Shown in pieces: positions 50,802-58,317 of a stretch of 58,317 nt of DNA (position 1 is its first letter; each line of letters opens with the position of its first letter). The position numbers and the translations under genes were made by a program. The notes beneath the pieces were generated by a model, which did no database searches, was not told the DNA's origin, and saw only the letters and a list, made by a program, of their open reading frames with translations. This DNA comes from Girardia tigrina (taxonomy: Eukaryota): NCBI GenBank assembly GCA_001938485.1, contig MQRK01246325.1, forward strand, positions 1 to 58,317, read 5' to 3'.

Positions 50802-51464
50802 CATAAAAATACTCTACAATAGTTAAAACATTAAAATGCTACTGGTAAAGCATTGTGACTTTATTCACCCCAAGTCATCCATGAAGGGTTAAATATCTTT
50901 GATGTGTATCATGAAAATAAAACATTACAAAATGTTTTCTCTTATTTTCAATTGTACATTTAATGAAAAAAACACAAAATTAAGAGATCTTTTACAAAGT
51001 TTGACTTTTTTCGGTTTTGATCTTGAGATGAAAAAAGTTTCTTCGTCTTCATTTTGTAAAAAGAATTTAATTATAAAATTATAATTATTTTTCTTATTAT
51101 TTAGTTATTAGTTATTTTTCTTGAAAATAAAATAAAAATTCACTAAAGCCACGCAAAATTACCCGACTTCCCTTATCAAAAGAGAACATGAACTTGTTTA
51201 CTTTGAATTGTTAATAAAAATTAGTTTCTGATCTGTCGTTTTGGGAATATAATAATAATTCATTAAGCTTGATTCTCTGTTTTATTTAGCTTTAGATCTG
51301 TTTAAATTATTAATTTTCCGACAAAAAATGAGAATAATATGTTAACAGAACAAATGTTTTATTTTAAATTGTAGATTAAACCAATGAGCCTTAGAAATTT
51401 AAAGTAAAGCATAAAGTTATACATAACGCAATTAAAGCATTTTGAAAGTATGATCATAGGACAT

Positions 51465-51926
51465 TGTTAAGAGAACTCACACATTTGACAGAACATTTAT
51501 TACATTCACATTTCTTATCATCTTTATGATGATCAATAGTATTGCTCTCACTTAGATCCATCACTCAATTTTCAATATCTCTCATTATAATCTGAACTAA
51601 CTTGATAAAATTATTTTATTTAAAAATATTTAATTTAAATTTGATTGGCTGAAATAAAATATTTTTATAGTCATTTATAAACATTAATTTGATTTTAATT
51701 ATTAAAAAATTTACAAAAATAAAATCAATAAAATTATTTAAAAGTTGCAATAATAAAATTAAAAATTTGAATATTAAATCTAAATTTAAGTAAATTAGTT
51801 TCAGATTATAAGAAATTAAATATTGATAATCCATCTGGTTAGGAGAGGCACAATCCCAAATCAACACACAAAATTTAAACATGCAAACACTACACAAAAA
51901 CATCCACACACCAAATATTTCTCACA
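51465..51926 (-). repeat. Solo-LTR family A relative (TG...CA)
   Basis: CCATCTGGTTAGGAGAGGCAC motif, TTTCTCACA end; flanks GACAT/AACAT. Confidence 0.65.
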
Positions 51927-52099
51927 AACATATTGCGATGTTTTCTTACATATTTATCGCGTGGTATCATAAATATAATCTTTATAAAAATCTAGTAAAA
52001 AAATCGTTCCAAATTTTTCTTTCAGTTGAATATCGCTTCGTAGTTCAATGCATTCCATTTGAAGATTTGAAGGTAATTTATTTATTTCAACTGGAATGA

Positions 52100-54225
52100 G
52101 GTAGAATATATATTAAAATAGTCCTCATTTTTTCGAAAGTCGTTAAATCTTTTTTCAAACTCTTGAATTAAATCAAAAATTAATGCAGCATATTTTGTGC
52201 AAGTTTTAGGTTCATGTGCAGCCAAAGTACTGAAATGTGCCAAATCCTTTTTTCAATTTGATTGTGCCAAAATTTTAACTTTCTTTCAAATGCGTTATTG
52301 TTTGAAACATATTGTGAATCAATTGAAATTTTCCTTCAAGTCTCAAAGTTAAATCATTGAAATGTTCTGTTAAGTCTACTAAAAATGCTAAATCTAAAAT
52401 CCAATCTTCGTTTGGAAATTCATAAACAGGTTTCCCTTTTGAATCCATAAAAATATTTCATTTCTTAAAAGGTAATATATTTTAAGCATTTTCCATTTAC
52501 TTAGCCATCTCCTTCTGAATAATAAATAACATCGGCAAATTCAATACCTATTGTTAGAATCTCTCGAGTCATCCATCGTCGGTGAAGAATTGGAATTCAT
52601 CGATCCGAATAGTTGTTAACCCACAATAATAAAATTTACAAATAATCAATTCTCAACAAAGAATAAATTCGAGAATAAGATTTATTGAGAAATATTCGTG
52701 GATTCAGTTTCACACTTAATTATAGTCACGCAATAATTCCCTCGATCGCACAAAAATAATGATTATTCAAACAACATATTTTTAATCAATAATTTTTTCT
52801 TGGTTGTTTTTCTTAATTTAATTCATACACAATTTTCTGAGGAACTTTTTGGTTAATGATAAACTTGGACTTTGTACTTTTTTAGTTATTAATTTTATAA
52901 TTTATTGATTATAGTTATTTTTCATTTTTTTGAAAATAAAAATTTATTAGACACTCATTGATAAATAATTTATTTTCTTCATTTTTTTTATTAAATTTAA
53001 AAATTTATATTTTACTAATTTACCCTAACACCTATTTTCTTGATAAACTCTTGAAACTGTCTATGATTAAGTCCTCTTGCTCTTATAAAGTTAAAGGTTT
53101 TTATAACAACTCTTAAGAAAATTTTCCATTTGTCAAACCTTTCCACATAAATTTTGTTGATATACAATACAATCATATGTCATTAAGATCCTATTGCCGA
53201 CAGTGATGGCTTTATTATTAACCGTTTTAACGAGTCTTCCATTTTTACTAACCATTGCAGGGACTCCATTGGTTACGATAGCTGAAAAATTTTTCATAGA
53301 TAAAGAAAACCGTTTCATCGTCATTTTTAATGGATCACATAAATATATAGATGTGGTTGTATCCTTTAACAACACTAAAGCAGCCGTTTTCTCCATGATA
53401 TTATTATGTTCATTAATTCCTCTGATAAAAATTACCAATTGCGCCGTATCTGAAGCGTCAGTGCTTTCGTCAATGACTAACGAATAAAATTTAAAATCGA
53501 CGTATTTGCTTTTTAAAAAGTTTTTAATTGAACTTCCCAACTTCTCAATTCTTGTGGCTATAGTTTGGTGTGATAATCTGATTTGTATTCCTGCCAAATA
53601 AAGTTTGCTACCTCTTCATACATATTTTTATAATTTCACTATCAACAAAGGGTTTCGATTTTTTTACTATCAAATTCGCTACCACATAACTCGCATTTAC
53701 AATTTTATCATTTTGAGTAATTGTCTTTTTAAAGAAAATTCGTTCAGACGACAGGCCTTTTTCAACTCTGATTTTATATCTATGACAATTACTCAGATAT
53801 ACATCATATTTTGTGGCATGCTTTTGAGTATAATGTTTTTGTAAGCATTTTTTAAAAACAGGCACGAACATCCTACAAATTTAGCAAAATGCTAAATCAT
53901 TTATCATTCTGTTTAATAAAGAAGTAGTTTTCCGTCCAGTTTTCATTAAAAACTCTTTTTTCATCTTCAATTTTTCTTTTTTTAGGCTCTACTTGTTTTT
54001 TAATGACATAAAGGTATCCTAAAAACAATTATGAAGAATTCAAAAAAATTTTATGCAATAATTAGAAAATTTAAATACAAAATAATATATATATATATAT
54101 ATAATATTGAAATTTTTAAAAATTATTTTAAATATTTTTTAATAAAAATTTTTATTTTTGAATTTTTTGATAATTTGTGACTGGGTCGCATTTCAGTGAT
54201 TTTTGGGCCGCACTTTAGACAAGCA
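52100..54225 (-). mobile_element. Degenerate hAT Buster/Charlie (GTF2IRD2-like) transposon
   Basis: HYTQKH, LIVKKSKPFVDSEIIK, YSLVIDESTDASDTAQLVIFIRGI, VTNGVPAM, WILDLAFLVD; GCGGCCC subterminal motif near 54205. Confidence 0.88.
52552..53030. repeat. Solo LTR (family C) inserted in the hAT ORF
   Basis: TGTTAG...CTAACA termini; exact 5-bp TSD CCTAT. Confidence 0.88.
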
Positions 54226-55289
54226 TATACTAAAGTTTTCTTTTTAAAAATATATCGATTTTAATTAATCTAAACTTTTTAACTTACGATTTTGTTTATT
54301 TTATTTATTATATATTTTTAGGTTTCTAAAAGAAATATTTTTTTCTTTTTAGTATTATATACTTTATGTACTTTTTTATGTTTTACCAAGTTATTTAATT
54401 TTTGTTTCAATTTTAAATTTAAAATTTTATAAATTATTTGTTGAATATAAAATTTTGACTAACCACTCATACTATCCAACACTAGTTCTAAATTGGTTTC
54501 TAGATTCCTACTTCGTACATATTATTATTGAGCTGAACTCAATGAATATCCTGACCATCGCATGCGTATTTATAACCAGAAGAAAGTCCGAATACAATGA
54601 CTTAACCCTTTAATCATACAATTTTTGAATTTCTGTTCACAGTGACTTTGTGATGTTAAAATCGTATGTTAGTCTCCAATATCAATCTGTTTCAAATTTT
54701 TATTTGAATATTTTTATAATGTTCAGGAATGGCTTATTTTACTCCGTTTTTATTGTTAAACTACTTGTTCTTTTATTCCTTCATACTTGAATGTTAAATT
54801 CGATTTTGATAATCATAACATTACGTCTTTTCTTTCAAATTAGTTACCCGAACAAAGATTGTAAAAAAATAAAAGTCAAGAAAATATAACTATAAATTGT
54901 TCAGTATTTAAATCAAAAACTTTAAAAACAGCTTTGCATTAATATAATACCTTGATAAATATTTTAGTATTTTTTTGATTTTCTAAAGAATTTGCCAATA
55001 CCATATACAAATGTATCAACATATTCTTTCTGAAAGCTAGTTTAACATTATTGATAAGTAACTTAATTAAAACCTTTTTGAATATTCATGTGGAAGATTA
55101 TATTTTCTCTGGATGTCTCCACTTTTAGTAAAAAATCCAACAAAAAATAATATTTATTTATTCAAAATAAACCTTAATTACAATAATAAACTATAATCTT
55201 CATTTATATCGATTTTTTATTCTAATATATTTATATTTTTATATACATAATTTTCATATTTATATGTAATATATAAGGAAAGAAACTTC

Positions 55290-56900
55290 ACTAGCCCCCC
55301 TATTGTAAGTGAGGCGTTACATTCTTTCAAAAACTATGAAAATTATGTTCGAATCTTGATTTGATTTTGTTACAAACTTCGTCATTAAAATGTGTGAAAT
55401 CTAATTCTTCAAACGGGTTTTTTGCACAAAATCTGATTCGTTTCTGGTTGACATTACTTTCGATTCCATTTATGGACAAAAGGAAAGAATTTTTTTGATT
55501 TTTCACAATTTTGTATTGTCCATCGAATCTTCCAGTCATGTCACATGTCTTTCCAGGTGTCAAACCTCGTTCATTAGAAAAACTGAATCAAAAAGGAACT
55601 GAGAAGATCAGAGATCTAAAACTTGCACTGAAGAGATCTAAATTTACAATTAACAAAAAGAAAATAGTAACTGCTGGTAATTTTTTGAAGTGCATTATAG
55701 TAGTGAAAGTTGCAGAAGATTTGATAAAATATTTGGAAGGTTAGCACATTTCATAATCTATGAACTATTTATGTCATTAATGCGAAAGAAGACTGAAATG
55801 AAATGACTTTCGCATATCATGGAAATATTTTCAATCAAACGTTCTACTTTCATAAGTGGAATAAAAACGATAGACCATTTGACTATGTCAAATGAATCTT
55901 AAAAGCAGAAGTGTCTGTGAAAAAGACGATCAGTGGAAGAAAGAAACAATCTAACCAGCAAAATCTCTGCGTGGAGACACAGGGAATACTCTGAAATGAA
56001 ACGATCTATGATATCTTCATGGTCATGCTCTCAACAATGACATTACTATATCCATCAAAACATTTATAAACATCTTGAAAAGGTATTTAAGGTTCAGTCC
56101 AGGAAGAATAGATGTACCGACAATGATTGGTACATGAGGGACAAATTAGTATAATTTTGAAAACCACATTGGTCTCGGGAGTTTGCAAGCCAAGGAAGCT
56201 CAACAGACATATTAGAAGAGATAATGACAGTCTACCTTTGCCTCTAACGATATACCTGCAAAACAAGACTTCCATCATCAATTCTAATGTCGGCACTGCT
56301 TAAAGTCATACAACGCGAAATGAAGGTTACAATACACCTGAAACGATATCATTACAAATCAAATGAAATTGAGAGGGTCATCGAAATAACATTTTAACCA
56401 GTGAAAGTCAGTTATGGCAAAATCACCAGTAATACAAAGTTCAATAAATCTGAAGAAATTCAAACAGTCATAAAACCTTCGACAACCACAATGACTGTGG
56501 AGGAAACTCTATGTACCGAAGTAAAACATTTACCATTTATAATCACAGATCCTTCTGTGAGAGGGAGTTTTGATGTAAATTTCGAAACTGGGTTAAATTC
56601 TAACTATGCAAAATCATTCAATCTCATCCATGGCTTATCAAATATTACAGGGATGGCCGACCGAAACACTCCAACCCCGTAGGAAAAAGCTTTGAAGTTC
56701 TTTGGTTCGACTGGACTTTCTAAAGCGACTATTACCTCTACATTATAGAAAAAATGGGAGTAAATTTTCATACATTTTAAAGGATGATTTATCCGTTATA
56801 CAAAATGGTTCAGATTCTCAGTACGAGCGGCATTTCCTTGAATCTCTTTAGATAAGACACCATAAACCATTACTTACCATCATATTTACGGCCGTAATAC
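55290..56900 (-). mobile_element. Gypsy/Ty3 pol remnant (RT end, integrase) with PPT
   Basis: GVFRSAIP (RT), ICPSC (integrase zinc finger), RFDGQYKI (GPY/F-like), AGGGGG purine tract at ~55295-55300 on the minus strand. Confidence 0.65.
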
Positions 56901-57429
56901 TTAAAAGCTTTAATGAAAAAGCTTTAATTAATTTATTGTAAACAAGTAAACTTTTTATTAAGTAATATATAAATAAAAACAGAATTATGAAATGTTGATT
57001 TGAATAAAAAATTGAATTTTAAAATTGTTTTTTTTAGTTTAAAAATAAAAACAGCAATTTTTATACTTTATATAAAATTCAGGGAAATCGTAAAACCGGA
57101 AATTTGGTAGAATAAAATTATCAGAACAAAAAGATTATAAAACATTCGCCATCAAAGAAATATTTTTGTTAAGAATAAATTTACTAATGAAAATAAAATC
57201 TAATTCGAATATATTTCGTTGGGAGTTTCGCAAATGTCTATGAACAACTTTAAAAATATATCGTTCGAATGTTGTGATAGTATTTTTTATTTTCGTATTG
57301 TCCCACTTCAGAAATTGTGGTTGTTACGAGGATCATGTATTAATATATCAAATAGATTTTGGATCTAAACTAGATTCCTTTCAAATGCTTCTTTAGGTGA
57401 TCCACAAGTAGAGGTTCCAATTATGGAGC

Positions 57430-58260
57430 ATATTTTCAATCCCGGGATATTGGTACTAAATCTGTCTCAATCCTGGTATCCAAGGATATCCCGGAATCTA
57501 GAATACATTTTAGTCATTCTAAGACATATCGTTTAGTCCAAAACAGTTCCAACTTTTTGAAAATTTGATAGGAAAGCAGCACTCAGTTTAATTACTTTAA
57601 CTTAAAAATTGGTTGTTTGTGACTGCTTTTAGAATTAAAACATCGATAATCGACTTATGTTTGAAATAATTATGTCAATTTCCGTTTCTGAAAAGAATTT
57701 CTGTTCTCTGCCCTTAGACCAACACCTTGGTATTTAGAAATAAGACAATACCACTTCCAAAACCCTTGAATCACTTTATTTTTTGAAAACTCTATATTGT
57801 ATAAAGAAAAATAATTAAATAAAAAAAATAATAAAAAAGAAAAATAAAAAAAAGAAATAATAAAAAAATAGAACAGTAAACAACTTTTATTTGTGACACA
57901 ACAATCGAATTCCCAAAACATTTTAAGCGTAGAGAAAGATAATTTGTCAAGAGTGTTATCATTCATATTAGAGCGCATCTTTTTGCATAGATATCCCACA
58001 GAAGAGAAGACTTTTTGATTCCGCAGACGTAAGAAGGATTGTCGGTGAATGTTGATACACACCATCTAAATGGAGTTCTCGTTTGTCTGAGTGTCCAGCA
58101 ATATTAAGCTCATAATATGTCGATGTGATGTCTCATAATTAATCTGTATCTTCTGGTGTACATACAACCCTTTCATTCCTCAAAAAATGCATTTCGAAAC
58201 GCTTTTGGACGCAATACACGTCGCATTTTGGCCAGATTCATCTCTTTGATAATTAATTGT
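57430..58260 (-). mobile_element. hAT transposase 3' remnant and terminus
   Basis: KVFSSVGYLCKKMRSNMNDNTLDKL (dimerisation domain); ATCCCGGGA subterminal repeats at 57439-57496. Confidence 0.7.
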
Positions 58261-58317
58261 AGTAGGGGGAAAATGTATGTTCTCCACCACCCCCCCCGGG
58301 GGGGGGTCGTAACTAGT

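Larger units (their letters stand above)
48480..50888 (-). mobile_element. Deleted piggyBac-like element that hosts the MULE
   Basis: AAGGG-TTAA terminus at 50884-50892; minus-strand KRKTYIRCDMCSKVVDSKH (~48515-48577) resembles the piggyBac Cys-rich domain; the other end is not identified. Confidence 0.5.

Noticed and set aside
47040-50892. Single piggyBac element spanning the HAT1 fragment and the MULE
   Set aside because: The putative TIRs match only at CCCT; kept as a hypothesis, not annotated

Overview
Very AT-rich eukaryotic (animal) genomic DNA with three N-gaps and no intact host gene that I can recognise. The 18S fragment looks flatworm/triclad-like, but this is an inference. The window is a nested transposon graveyard. 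DNA transposons: at least seven mariner copies or remnants, Tc1/DD41D remnants, four hAT remnants (one full-length with an 8-bp TSD), a full-length MULE with a 9-bp TSD, and piggyBac-, pogo- and Chapaev3-type non-autonomous elements. Retroelements: two gypsy pol remnants, four Penelope-like (GIY-YIG) remnants, and about 15 ~0.5-kb solo-LTR-like repeats, many with exact 5-bp TSDs and non-canonical TG...TA ends. Most notable observations: (1) fold-back insertions carrying two divergently oriented minimal type-I hammerhead ribozymes (36673-36986 with a 15-bp TSD, a decayed second copy at ~42105-42302, and more HHR relics at ~1531 and ~38383); (2) templated captures inside dead transposons: an 18S rRNA piece in a mariner, a 28S sarcin-ricin-loop piece in a hAT, and a near-identical inverted copy of nearby DNA; (3) an intronless HAT1 histone acetyltransferase fragment.
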